DNA of 64,000 nucleotides from Octopus vulgaris. Its lineage: Eukaryota. Every line of letters begins with the position of its first letter. Position 1 is the first letter of the stretch. Of the stretch, positions 14,930-29,323 are shown piece after piece. Under the pieces are notes generated by a model that made no database searches, was not told the origin of the DNA, and saw nothing but the letters and a program-made list of their open reading frames with translations. The stretch spans positions 17,608,001 through 17,672,000 of the forward strand of contig OX597836.1 of assembly GCA_951406725.2 (NCBI GenBank). The letters are read 5' to 3'. Position numbers and translations under genes: made by a program.

Positions 14930-15289
14930 AACGGGGCGCCACTGCATGGTGCCAAGGATTCCAACATCACCATCAAAATACAGGTCCAGATATTGCAACA
15001 ACTTGGGTTTTAGAGGACCACAGCTCTTTAACATCCCCCCTAAATGCCTGAGAGACTTACATGGTGTGGATGTGGGTTTCTTTAAAACTAAACCGGATCT
15101 CTTCTTGTCGGGAGTCCCAGATGAACCTACCTCACGAAAGGAGACGCGGATGCGGGCAGCAGCATCGAACTCCCTTGTTGATCAAGTGCCACGTATCAGA
15201 GGTGGATTCACAAATTAGTGTAACTCATTCAGCGGTGGTGCCCCAGCATGGCCGCGGCCTTCGGGCTAAAACATTTTTAAGGATTTAAG

Positions 15290-15290
<1 letters not shown>
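14930..15290 (+). pseudogene. 5'-truncated CR1-group LINE 3' end (ORF2 C-terminus + 3' UTR)
   Basis: GRHCMVPRI...GFRGPQLFNIPPKCLRDL...FKTKPDLFLSGVPDEP...AAASNSLVDQ; 3' UTR ggtgccccagcatggccgc + stem-loop + tttaag repeats. Confidence 0.82.
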
Positions 15291-15371
<81 letters not shown>

Positions 15372-15712
15372 TGTATGTATGTATGTATGTATGTATGTAT
15401 GTATGTATCTATGTATAAAATTTCGGTGTTCTTAAACAACGATTTATGCGTCATCATGATACACAGCAGAAAGTCAATCATGGATGTATACCGATGGCAT
15501 ACTCGTATATATAGAAACGCGTCTGAAGATAATGGAAAGTTATGGTTTTATGTATGGATACAGCATACATAACTTTTAAGCAAAGATTAATTTCCACTTT
15601 ATATTTTGAATTAATTGATGAATAAAGTATGTTAAAGGGGAGAGAAAAACTGTTATAAGACCCTGGTCCTGATCGTGGGAGTGGAATATAAAGAGATAAA
15701 TATTCAGATTCA

Positions 15713-15897
<185 letters not shown>

Positions 15898-16067
15898 ATA
15901 TCTATCTATCTAAGAGTTTGTCTGTATATTCGAATGAAACAAGTAAAATAATGATAAAAATTAAGGACAATGTTGCAATGGATTAGTTTGCACATATATA
16001 TGCACAACTACGGATATATATATGTATACACACACGTATTGATACGTATATTTACGTACGTACGTAG

Positions 16068-16111
<44 letters not shown>

Positions 16112-16322
16112 TCTCTCTTTCTTTCTCTCTCTCTCTCACACAACCACACACAAACCTTATAAGCATTATATATAGGGATACAATTGAAGAATATTGTATT
16201 TTGTTCATGTAAAACCATGTTGTCTTGCGTAATTTCCTATATTGTCAGAAGAAAATTCTCCTACCATAGCCAAAAGCAAGGCTAAACAGTTGGGAGAATT
16301 GGAACTTCCTGTCCACTGTAGG

Positions 16323-16380
<58 letters not shown>

Positions 16381-16725
16381 AGCCGCACAGACATGCACGC
16401 GCGTATAGACACATATATACACATATACACACACGTATAAATGTGTGTGTGTGAGAGAGTCTGTGTGTGTGCGTGTGTATAATGAAAATATAACACAGAG
16501 GGGCCAAAAGGAGATTTAGAAGGAAAAGCATAACGTACCAAAACGCGATGCCAACTCAATTAAACTCTAAACCCCCAAACCCCTCAACAGCTGATACAAT
16601 ATCATCGCAATATCAGCACGTTACGATATGTGTGTATGTGGGTATGTTTATAACTATAAACACACACACACATACATACACACACACACACATATATATA
16701 TATATTTTTTTCTTTTTTTTTTTTT

Positions 16726-16876
16726 TCTTTTACTTGTTTCAGTCATTTGACTGCGGCCATGCTGGAGCACCGCCTTTAGTCGAGCAAATCGACCCCGGGA
16801 CTTATTCTTTGTAAGCCCAGTGTCTCTTTTTGCCGAACCGCTAAGTGACGGGGGATGTAAACACACCAGCACACAA

Positions 16877-16907
<31 letters not shown>

Positions 16908-17078
16908 CATATATACGACAGGCTTCTTTCAGTTTCCGTCTACCAAATCCACTCACAAGGCATTGGTCGGCCCGGGGCTATAGCAGAAGACACTTGCCCA
17001 AGATGCCACGCAGTGGGACTGAACCCGGAACCATGTGGTTGGTTAGCAAGCTACTTACCACACAGCCACTCCTGCGCC
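16726..17078 (-). mobile_element. SINE A (internal deletions)
   Basis: cttttacttgtttcagtcatttgactgcggcc...cacacagccactcctgcgcc. Confidence 0.93.
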
Positions 17079-17738
17079 TATATATATTTAATCATATCAA
17101 AAGGAAATGGAAATTTATTAAAATTTACATTTCCAGTGGTCTAACGTGTAAAAATTTAGTCCAAAAGACTATGTATCAGTCATAAGATACAGTGTACATT
17201 TAAACACATGAAGAATCCACTCATGGGATTCAACACGCTAGAAAGAACAGCTAGGTTCTATAACCCAAAAATTAGGGTTAAAATTCGACAGGAACGAAAT
17301 GAAAAATAAAAAAAAACATTTTACCAACTAATTTCCTGGACCATTTGGTTTCTGATTTTAGTTTAGCAAGTAAATGAATAACATATACACACGCCAGGTG
17401 AAATCGTCTTCAGCAGGAACATCTAAGGTTAAACGTATAAACACGAGGCGATCAAACTACGTGCAACTTGCTTATACATCCTAACTTTTTCAAAATCTAC
17501 TGCGCCAGCAATAAAAAAAAATGCCAACTTTTGAAAACCGAAAATTATCCAAAAACTTACAATATTCCTATATACTGCCTCCTCCGTTTTTTTTTTTCGC
17601 GTTTCTTCTATTATTCAATTTTTTTCTGTTCATCATGACATGTGGTTTGTACCTGAAGAATACGTTACATTATTTCTCAGCAGATGAAACTATTATTATT
17701 ACTTGAAGATATGTATTGTGCCCTTTAATAAATTATAC

Positions 17739-17806
<68 letters not shown>

Positions 17807-18041
17807 TACGCGCATACACTGAACAAGTAAATAAATACAAAATGTCTTCACATTTACGGTAGCATTATTTGAAAGGCAGTATTTTATGTATTAGTTATAA
17901 AACAGATGTTTTGGGCCTCCATACTATTAAATCTATGTCGCCTTATATCAGATCAGACTTGATCAAGCAGACCTACATATGATCAGTAGCGATTTTTTAA
18001 TACACATACATACATGTATACACTCACATATATTGTGTGAA

Positions 18042-18080
<39 letters not shown>

Positions 18081-18106
18081 CATTACACATATATATACAT
18101 ATATAT

Positions 18107-18302
<196 letters not shown>

Positions 18303-18586
18303 GTTGCATTATATTCATATTATCATTATATGAGCAAACATGAATGACTCATTTTCGTAATTCTGCTTTACGCTTGTTTTATTTCGTCGCAAATTATTGA
18401 CAACCCAATACAGAAACAGCAAACTTGGGCTATAATTCCAATTCATTATAATAATAAGGTCGAATTCATTAATTTAATTAGAAAAAAAAAAAAGAAACCA
18501 AACAAAACTAAAATAAGAAATTCACATTTTTGTTATAGCTCTGTTTTCGTCGTTGTTCAACATTATTGCATTATGTATTCATTGTG

Positions 18587-18908
18587 AGGGCGCGTGGCTG
18601 AGTGGTTAGGGCATTCGGCTCATGATCGTAAGGTTGTGAGTTCGATTCCCGGCGACGCGTTGTGTCCTTGAGCAAGGCACTTTATTTCACGTTGCTCCAG
18701 TCCACTCAGCTGGCAAAAATGAGTTGTACTTGTATTTCAAAGGGTCAGCCTTGTCACTCTCTGTGTCACGCTGATTATCTCCGAGAACTACGTTAAGGGT
18801 ACACGTGTCTGTGGAATGCTCAGCCATTTGCACGTTAATTTCACGAGCAAGCTGTTCCGTTGATCGTATCAGCTGGGACCCTCGTCGTCGTAACCGACGG
18901 AGTCTTTT
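18587..18908 (+). mobile_element. SINE family D (tRNA head, CORE-like domain, tail shared with family E)
   Basis: tggctgagtggttagg box A, gagttcgattccc box B, tgtgtccttgagcaaggcacttta CORE-like; approximate TSD at(g/a)tattcatt. Confidence 0.9.
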
Positions 18909-19374
18909 TTAATATATTCATTAATGTAATACTAACAGCGTTTCCTCTCCCACATATGTCGAATTTTCGTCGGAGATATTGCTTTTGTTTTTAATTAAGA
19001 AATTCACTGTTTCGTATAAGTATATCGTCTCTATGTCGGTTTCTATCCATTGTCTGTCGTTTCAGTAGAGGAAGGATCCAGAAGTTTTGATTCACATTCT
19101 CAACCATAGTTTTTAATGTTCGAATAATCTTGTGAGCTATTGCAATTTCGGTTGGGATTCGAACACAAAACTTAAAGAGGCGAGACGGATACCTCCGCAA
19201 TTCTGTCGTTTCGGTCCCATTTTACTTGTATAACCAAACCCTGTCACTGACCTCCTCCCTAACCTCACGTCCACCATTCCTGGTTCTATATCACTCCATA
19301 ACTCTCCACCTTACAGACGTCTACACAAATTACTTTTATTTCCTCCAAACTATGCCCTATTTCCCGCTCCTTTC

Positions 19375-19410
19375 ATCATAATCATCATCATCATCGTCGT
19401 CGTCGTCATC

Positions 19411-19503
<93 letters not shown>
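19375..19503. repeat. (ATT)n tract at 3' flank of the Dong-like LINE
   Basis: Direct reading. Confidence 0.95.
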
Positions 19504-19506
<3 letters not shown>

Positions 19507-20541
19507 TAGTTTTATTTTTATAGCGTGCTTTCACTTCACTACCGAGCGCAGCTCTGTGTGCCTTGGGTATGTGCTGTGATTTGTTGTGATGCTCTGATGG
19601 TTATTGTATGGAAAGTGTTCTGCGTAGGATGTGTGCAGTGCCTAGTAGTGCAATTTTCTGTATGTTATATGTGTTTGTAAGTCCTGGTGTTTTTGTTATG
19701 TATTTGTCTGAATATTTTTTTATCATGCCTAATGCACCTACTATGATAGGAATTGTTTCTGTTTTCAGGTTCCACATTCTAGTTACCTCTATTTCCAGGT
19801 CTTTGTATTTTGAGAGTTTCTCCATTTCTTTTAGAGACACGTTGTCATCTGCCGGTATTGATACATCAATTAGAAAGCATTTTTTTCTTCATGATCTCTG
19901 ACAACTATATCTGGTCTGTTGGCCTTAATTTCTCTATCTGTGTGTATCGGCATATCCCAGAGTATGGTTGCTTTCTCGTTTTCTGTGACCTTTTCTGGTG
20001 TGTGCCTATACCATCTTTTTTCTGTTGTTATTCCATAATGTTGGCATAGCTTCCAATGTATGTAGGTTCCAACTCTGTCATGTCTGTGAATATATTCCTT
20101 CTTAGCCAGGACTGGGCAGCTAGAGATAATATGATTTATTGTTTCTTGTCCATCTCCACATATTCTGCAGTTACTTGTAATATTTCTTTTCATTACATGT
20201 TTTTGGTAATTTCTGGTGGGGAGGCTTTGGTCTTGTGCTGCAATTAAAAATCCCTCTGTTTCTGCTTTGAGTCCTAAGCTTCTCAACCATTGCTGGGATT
20301 TTTCTTTGTCTATTTCTTTTGCGTTTAGTTTAGTGCAGTATTTACCATGAAGGGGTTTTTCTTGCCATCGTTTTATCATGGCTCGTTGCTGTTCTATTTT
20401 TAGTTTGGATTTCATTTGTTTTATAGCTTTTGTTGTTTCTTCATCATCTTCTTCTTCTTCTTTGTGTTTATTAGGTGGTATGATTTCTTGTTTGTATTTG
20501 TCAGCTTCCTTAAATACTGAGAACAGTTTTTTGTTTTGCTC

Positions 20542-20542
<1 letters not shown>
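19504..20542 (-). mobile_element. 5'-truncated R4/Dong-clade non-LTR retrotransposon (CCHC knuckle + restriction-like endonuclease), single frameshift
   Basis: ORFs 20415-19870 and 19840-19601: CRICGDGQETINHIISSC, RHD, NRPDIVV...(C)FLIDVSIP, EKLSKYKDL, PIIVGALG; (TAA)n on both sides. Confidence 0.92.
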
Positions 20543-20628
<86 letters not shown>

Positions 20629-20649
20629 ATTATTATAATAATTATTATA

Positions 20650-20726
<77 letters not shown>
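20543..20726. repeat. (ATT)n tract at 5' flank of the Dong-like LINE
   Basis: Direct reading. Confidence 0.97.
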
Positions 20727-20728
<2 letters not shown>

Positions 20729-20779
20729 TTTCACCTTCTGCATTCATCGGTAGTCGTTTGCTTTTTTTAGTTATTTAAT

Positions 20780-21050
20780 CTTTTACTCGTTTCATCTGTC
20801 TTAGTCATAAGACTGTGGTCATGCTGGGGCACCGCCTCGAAGAACTTTTAGTCGAATGAATCTATTTCAGGACTTACGTTTTTAAAGCACGGCACTTATT
20901 CTATCGATTCCTTTTGCCGAACCGCTAGCTGACGGGGACGTAAACAAACCAACACCGGCTGTGGGGGTGAAACACAGCCACAAAGACATACGCGCGCGCG
21001 CATGACGTGCTTCTTTCTGTTTCCGGCTGCCAAACTACTTACAAGACTTT
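20780..21050 (-). mobile_element. old degenerate SINE A
   Basis: atgctggggcaccgcc, cttttgccgaaccgctag, gacggggacgtaaaca. Confidence 0.75.
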
Positions 21051-21698
21051 CCCATGTGGTTGTAAAACAAGTTGCTTAGAACACAGCCACGCCTACTTTG
21101 TTTCTTTTTTTATTCCTCTCTCATTCCCTTTGCTTTCAGACCTACAGTACCAATCGTTTACTTTCCTTTTTCCCTCTGATTCTCTCGTCTCTCCCTCTCA
21201 ACCTCTTTCGTCCTTTCCCCTCTTTATAGGTATTCTACTCCTTTTTTTCACATCCCTTCCCCACCTGGTAGGAGTCCTACATGGCCCTGAACAAATGCGT
21301 AAACACCGAATTTCATCAATTTGCTCCTATTTTGATATATCATAACTGAGAAAGATTTTGTGTAAAAGATGAAATTTCCTTTATCTGTTGCGTAATTATA
21401 TGAAACCCGCATATTAAATATATTCGAAATATTATTTGGCCCGACATGCGCAATTGCATACATACATACATACTTACATACATACGTACATACGTACTTA
21501 CATACGTACATACGTACTTACATACGCATACACACACACAGACACACCCACGCAGACACACATACACAGATACACACAAGTATATACTGAATTACCGAAT
21601 AAAGAACTGTGCAACGGTTATATGAAGCTTTATATGTATATGTATGTGTGTGTGTCTATGTGTCTGCCTGTCTGTTTCTCTCGCTCTATGTGTATATG

Positions 21699-21766
<68 letters not shown>

Positions 21767-22092
21767 TATATATATATGTATATTTATACACACGCACACA
21801 CACATATGTATAGGTGAATTAACAATTGCGAAATAGCGCAGGAACATCGCTATGTGTTTATCTCAACTGGATTTATACATGTAACGAAGGCAGGTATTTA
21901 ATTTGAAAATCCACTAAATCTAACTCTGAGTAGCGTCATTATTTGCTCCTTTACAAAATATGAAAAAAAAAAAATATATAGACTAAAAAAAAAAAGACGT
22001 AAAAATAATTGCATATTGGTATTCACCCAACAAGAAAAGCAATATGCAGTTATACATATATATATAGAAGAGAGAAAAAGTATTCAGACATC

Positions 22093-22150
<58 letters not shown>

Positions 22151-22870
22151 TACAGAAAAAGTGAGGGAGAGGCGGCAGGGTGGCTCTATGTAGGTACGTA
22201 TATAAAGTATTTTATTTATAGCTTTCATAGGTGCAAACGTTATTCGATGGATTATTTCTTTGTAGCAGTTATCACCTTCTATTCTACATGTTTTCCGTAT
22301 CTTCGCAATTTTGGTGCTATATTCAGCTAATCTTAGTTGTTAAAAGAATTCTCATAGATCAATTATCGTTTATTGGACTACCAAATATACATACATACAC
22401 TTACATACATACATATGCATATGTATATATACATCTTTGTACGCACATACACACACATACATGTATATGTGTGTGTATGTGTGTGTGGCAAGTTATAAAA
22501 GTAAGAGCAAATATGAACATGTGTCCAAGGGAGGTTCAATTAATATTATTAGGTTGACGCTCAGAGAAAGGGAAAAAAATGTGATATAGCAAAGCGTAAC
22601 GGAACAATGTAATACTGAAAACAGAAGAAAGAAAAAGTGTAAGAATGTATATAGCGATGCGTGCATACATACACGCATACATACATGCATATATACATAC
22701 ATACATATATATATATATGTGTGTATGTATGTGTAGATACATATATATATGTGCATGAATGCATGCATGTACATATATATATATATATATAGATAGATAT
22801 ATACAAAAAGATATATATATATATGCATAATTATGATATAGAATATGTATACATATGTACGTATATATAT

Positions 22871-22929
<59 letters not shown>

Positions 22930-23097
22930 CATACATACATACATATGTATATGTATGATCTTAATATTGTTGGAGTATAATTGCGTCCATATTTTTTGAT
23001 TTTTTACCCGAGATTTGTAGTATGTCAACATTTCAGAAGAATATTGTGCATGTGGGTGTGTACATATATACATACATACACACACACATATATATAT

Positions 23098-23129
<32 letters not shown>

Positions 23130-23246
23130 GTACACACACACATACATATATGTACATATATATTTATATTTATATATATATATATATATATGTCCATATA
23201 TATATGTATATATGTATATATATGTATATATACATATATATATATC

Positions 23247-23369
<123 letters not shown>

Positions 23370-23789
23370 GTTACAATGTGACGACATCTTCTCTGTTATA
23401 TATTCTATTATTCTCGTTCTGATACAATCGCTCATTCCTTTTATTGTACGAATCGGCCTGTTGCTGCATTTATTGTCATTCTGGCGAAAGAAAAAAAAAA
23501 AAGAGCGTGTATTAGAATTAGAAAAAAAAATAAAATAAAGTGGTTTCTACTGTTCGTGTCTATGAATGTTGACGCGAAGAATTTATTTTTTCGGTTGTTA
23601 ATAAGGATTCCTAAGAAATTGAAAGATTAAGGAAATAGATTATTATTTTCACGTGTACGTGTGTGTGAGGGGGAAGGCTGCGAACGACCGACGAATGTGA
23701 TGAAAATATCAGACTAATCATACAAACGGAAGGTCTTCAAATCATATCTTACACTCAGTCTTGCAGTGTACATAATTCTCAAATAGGTT

Positions 23790-24300
23790 CCGACACAAGC
23801 TTTGTGATAGGCGGTGTCTTTCCAATCCACATGGTTCCGTGTTCGGTCCCCCTGCGTGGTAACTTAGGCAAATGCCTTTTATAGTAGTCTTGGACCGGCA
23901 AAGGCCTTGTGAGTAGATTTGGTAGACTGAGAGATGTGGTAGGCTTTGTGAGTAGATTTGGTAGACTTAGAGATTTGGCAGGCCTTGTGAGAAAGCTTTG
24001 TGAGTAGATTTGGTAGATTGAGAGAAGCTTGTATGTAAATGCATGTGTGTATGTATGTATGTTTGTGTGCATGCATGTAACTATGTGTTTGTGTCCCTGT
24101 TTGTGTTTATCACCCTGTTGCTTGACAACCGGAGATTGTTTAACTCTTGGTAACTTAGCGGTGCAACAATACTGATAGTTAGTAATAATTTCAGCCCCCA
24201 AAACAAGAACTGGGGGAGATTTTTCGAGGAAACGTCTCAATGCGGTGCTCCAGCATGATCCCAGTCCAATGAATGAATCAAGTAAAGGATAAAAGATCAG
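23790..24300 (+). mobile_element. old SINE A with internal triplication of a ~38-bp motif
   Basis: ccacatggttccgtgttcggtccc head; ttgtgagtagatttggtaga repeated three times at 23907-24017; gcggtgctccagcatg tail. Confidence 0.8.
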
Positions 24301-24745
24301 AGATGAGATAGTTCTGTCTATTTACCTATAACTAAGTACCGACAGCCAACGAACAACTCTGATCTTCTAGCAGATGCAATTGCTCTCCCAATCTAATAAG
24401 TAATTATGTGTTCGGTTTGCAGAAATCGAATATTTACGATAGGCAAGCTACCTACCAGAGACCAGCCACCTTATCCATGATGAGGATTATCTCTTATCCT
24501 CCCGAAGATATAAATCCTCTTCACCAGGGGTTCCAGGCAGCGGACCGCAGAGAAAGAATAAATTTTAAAATTTCGTGTAATTTATGATTGCAGTTCGTAT
24601 GATTTGATTGAAAGGTAACTTCATTAAAAGTTTGTCATCATATTTAGTTGAACATTAGGACAGTTTGTACACAGTTTGGTTACTTAATCGATCCTTATAT
24701 ATATGTATATACATATACATATGTACATACATACATACAGACATA

Positions 24746-24813
<68 letters not shown>

Positions 24814-25297
24814 CATATATAATGCATTGACAACAGATGAGTTCTGCATAGAGAATATATAGTTAATGCTGGCATATTTTATGAAGTCAGTCGCAAGGTA
24901 TTTTGGGAATGATTGAGATTATATTCGTAGCAATAAAAGAATCATTAGCGCTAATGAAAATAGTTGTAAAATATGATAAGGGAGAGAAATCTGCAATTAT
25001 AAATTCATTAATCATTAAATGGCAGCATACGAATCTCGTGCGAACCAATTTATGCACATACGCACGCACGCGCACACACAAACACATGCGCGCGCACACA
25101 CATATATGATGTACTCATACATATAAGCATGTATGTGGGTGCATGCATCATATGAATATATATACATATTTTGTATATGTATATATGCTTGTATATGCGT
25201 ACACATACTTATGTATATACTGGTATATTAATTTATATCTATCTATCTATCTATCTACCTATCTATATATATACATGTATATAAATATATCATATCT

Positions 25298-25329
<32 letters not shown>

Positions 25330-25360
25330 AGATATATTTATATGCATTTACACACGCACC

Positions 25361-25393
<33 letters not shown>

Positions 25394-25994
25394 ATATATG
25401 TATATATATATGTGTATATATATGAATATATATATATGTGTATATATATATGCATAAATATATGCCCAGATCTATATACGTTTACACACAAACACATGCA
25501 TTAATATACCTAATGTAGTAAAATGTCTGGATGAAAAAGAAAACAAGAATAGTATGTATAACAACACATAGAGTGTCTGATTTCCATCTATTTGTCTTGG
25601 TATACATATAAGTAATATACAAAAGCAAAATCATTTATTAAGCGTTTATTAAAACCAAAGAAATCCCATCAATAATACATCAATATAACATAAGAAGCAT
25701 AGAAGACAAGAATGATAGATATTATAAGTATGGTATTACTCAAAGCTATAATTTATAAGGAATTAATAAGATTTAGGTAGAGAGATGAATGTTATAAATA
25801 TTCGTTACGAACGCGAAACTTCTTTTCAGATAAGTGTTAAAACAAGATTGTTAAAGAAAATAGATAACAGTTCTGAAAAATGCATCTTAGAAAAACAAAA
25901 CTATTGTGGTTATATTCAATTAGGAATTAGAAATATTAAATTATTATCACAATGTATCTGCTATTTCTAATGTATACACACGTTCTACGTTATG

Positions 25995-26027
<33 letters not shown>

Positions 26028-26028
<1 letters not shown>

Positions 26029-26300
26029 GGGGAGAATTAGCGAAAAAAAAGACGAAGACATGTGGTGCAGAAAACAAACAGATGTATTAGTTTAACGCTC
26101 GGGAATTGAAAAAGTATTTTATGTTTCGAGCCTACGCTCTTCCACAGAAAAGAACACAGAAAGAAACAAGGAAAGAAAAAAATGTGTGTAGTGGGTACCG
26201 ATCTAGTATGGCGACTGCCGGTCAGAAGAGTCACACAGGAGGGCGAAGAAGTAGGGGAGATAACAAAGTAAAAGTAATCCCCAAAACGAAGGTGCGCGTG
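26028..26300 (-). mobile_element. short Penelope-type non-autonomous repeat with minimal hammerhead-like motif (26116-26152)
   Basis: Minus: cttt-t-CTGTGGA-a-gagc gtag gctc-GAAA-ca-TA-aaat; adjacent to (TA)n; related decayed copy at ~44840-45010. Confidence 0.55.
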
Positions 26301-26496
26301 TATGTATGTATGTATGTATGTATGTATGTATGTATGTATGTATGTATGTATGTATGTATGTATGTATGTATGTATGTATGCATGCATGTATGCATGTATG
26401 AATAATCTGGTAAAATGTTTCACGATACCTTAAACATAGGTAGATAAATATGAACAAACTTGTACATTTATACGTACGTATGTACATATATATACT

Positions 26497-26693
26497 GTTT
26501 TACTTGTTTTTAGTCATTTGACTGCGGCCATGCTGGAGCACCGCCTTTAGTCGAGCAAATCGACCCCGGGACTTATTCTTTGTAAGCCCAGTCTCGGTCT
26601 CTTTTGCCGAACCGCTAAGTGACGGGGACCGTAAACACACCAGCATCGGTTGTCAAGGCAATGCTAGGGGGACAAACAGACACACAAACACAC

Positions 26694-26753
<60 letters not shown>

Positions 26754-26917
26754 GACAGGCTTATTTTCAGTTTCCGTCTACCAAATCCACTCACAAGGCA
26801 TCGGTCAGCCCGGGGCTATAGCAGAAGACACTTGCCCAAGATGCCACGCAGTGGGACTGAACCCGGAACCATGAGGTTGGTTAGGAAGCTACTTACCACA
26901 CAGCCACTCCTGCGCCT
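26497..26917 (-). mobile_element. SINE A
   Basis: Near full-length family match with internal (TA)n. Confidence 0.94.
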
Positions 26918-26926
26918 ATATATGTA

Positions 26927-27617
26927 TACGAGCTGATATCAAAACGTTCCCGGACTAGTTCTATTGCGCACCAACAATGGCAGCTTAGGGTTGCGTGCAC
27001 AGTGAGAGTTCGCAATGACCTTCGTGAGGCAGTATGCCGAGTGACATCAGTGTGTTTAGTTCGCAAGGTGTGAAATTTGTGTTTTCGTGATCAAGTGTAT
27101 ATTGTAGTCTGCGATTTTGTCATGGACAGGAACAAAGAGCCAACATGAAATTATACGTTAAACTTGGGGAGTGTACTAATGAGTCATCGAGCATGCTTTG
27201 GCAAGCTTATGGTGACAAGGCAACGGGTCGTATGCAATGTTTCGAATTGATGCTGCCAAAGCGGAAGAAAGTTCCTGTGAGACGATGAGCGATTTGAAAG
27301 ATCTGCCACAAGCGTCACCCCAAGAAATATGTTATTGTCCATCGAGAATTGATCCACTAGGGCCAGACAGGCATTCGAGAGTTCTACTGCGTCGTTTTGA
27401 AGCGTCTGGCGCAGGGCATTCGGCGAAAACGGCCGGATCTGTGGAGCTCAAAGAATTCGATTCTCCACGAAGCTCTCTTCAGTCGTAAGTTTCTCGCCAA
27501 AAACAACATGGTCTTACTTCTGCATCCTCCCTATTCGCCAGATTTAACACCTGTGGCCTTCCATATCTTCTCCAAGATGAAATTGCAGCTGAAAGGTCGC
27601 CATTTTAACACCGTTAT
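26927..27617 (+). pseudogene. decayed mariner transposase with left TIR
   Basis: TAcgagctgatatcaaaacgttcccggact TIR-like; EQRANMKL, IRRKRPDLW, HPPYSPDLTP..F.IFSKMKLQLKGRHF. Confidence 0.88.
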
Positions 27618-27859
27618 TACTTCTTGTGCAATTGTCCTTTCATTTTTGTAAAACGCAAAGATACATGATTTGAGAAAGCTGTGGCTTCTATTTCTGAGCA
27701 GGGACTCTCTGGCTGGTTTGATAAAATAATGGTTGATTGATTTCATGCTAGGTGAGGTGGCCATGTTTAAAAATGGCTGACAACTTGATTTCTATTTACA
27801 ATAATGGAGAGGAATTAATCTTCTTTGACAAATATTTCACTGTCTCTTTAATCTAATCA

Positions 27860-28411
27860 TGTTCGACAATAACTGTATCAACAACATACACAGCAACAAC
27901 GTCAACAACAACATCAACACCGACAACACCAGCAGCAGCAGTAGACCCAATAGCAGCAGCAGCAGCAGCAGCAGGAATAAAATCAACGGCAACAGCAACT
28001 GCTGTTATCAAAACGAAGCAGCGGGCATTGGTAAAAACAGAAGACAAACAATACCAAGTTTAACTAACTCGAACAGCTTCATCATCATCATCATCATCAT
28101 CACCAGCAACAGTAGTGAATATAAATCCACAGAAGAGACAACAAGAAGACCACCACCACCACCACTACCACCACCACCAACAACAGCAATAACAATAACA
28201 AACACCGACAGCAGCAGCAGTGACGGCAGCAATAAAGACAAAGGCGAACAGCAAGATTATGAATAATTATAGAGATAACTATTCCAGCATCAAACAAGAC
28301 TGGTAACAACAGCAAAAACAACAAAATGCCAAAACAACAACCGTCATCAACAACAAAACAATAACAATAACGATGATGATGATGATGATGATGATGATGA
28401 TACTAATAATA

Positions 28412-28451
<40 letters not shown>

Positions 28452-28467
28452 TAATAATAATAATAAT

Positions 28468-28499
<32 letters not shown>

Positions 28500-28524
28500 A
28501 ATAATAATGATAATAATAATAATA

Positions 28525-28575
<51 letters not shown>

Positions 28576-28609
28576 ACTAATAATAATGATAATAATGATA
28601 ATAATAATA

Positions 28610-28655
<46 letters not shown>

Positions 28656-28685
28656 TAATAATAATATATAATAATAATAATAATA

Positions 28686-28723
<38 letters not shown>

Positions 28724-28838
28724 TAATAATAATAATAATAATATAATAATAATAAAAACAACGACAACAACGAAGGTGATGATGAAGATGATGATAGTGG
28801 TGTGGATGATGATGATGATGATAAAAATTATGCCATCA

Positions 28839-28881
<43 letters not shown>

Positions 28882-29289
28882 TGATAATGAGGATAATAAT
28901 AAATATAACAACAACAACAACAACAACAGGAACTGTAGTATCAACAAGGAAAGAAAGAACTGCGACAGTAGCTACAGCATTACCAGTATTTACTGCAACA
29001 TGTACTGCTAATACAAGCACCCATCACCCTACTACCTCCCAAACTGATAATAACGAAAACCCGACTTTCATTGCCCTATCGCTAACTAGAACAACAGCAA
29101 CAAAAACAAGAGCGCCGAGTAATATCTACACCACCACCACCGCTACTACCACCGCAGCCATCAGTATTACTACTACGGCCGCAACTATCTCCAACGTTAT
29201 CACCACTAGTACCAGCACCCCCTCACCACTACAACGACTATTCGTACTACCACCATCATCACTACTACTACTACTACTACTACTGCTAC

Positions 29290-29323
<34 letters not shown>

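Noticed and set aside
17670-17700. ctgaaga...gaaac near 17652-17692 and ctgatga at ~42340
   Set aside because: No convincing stems I-III, so not counted as hammerheads.
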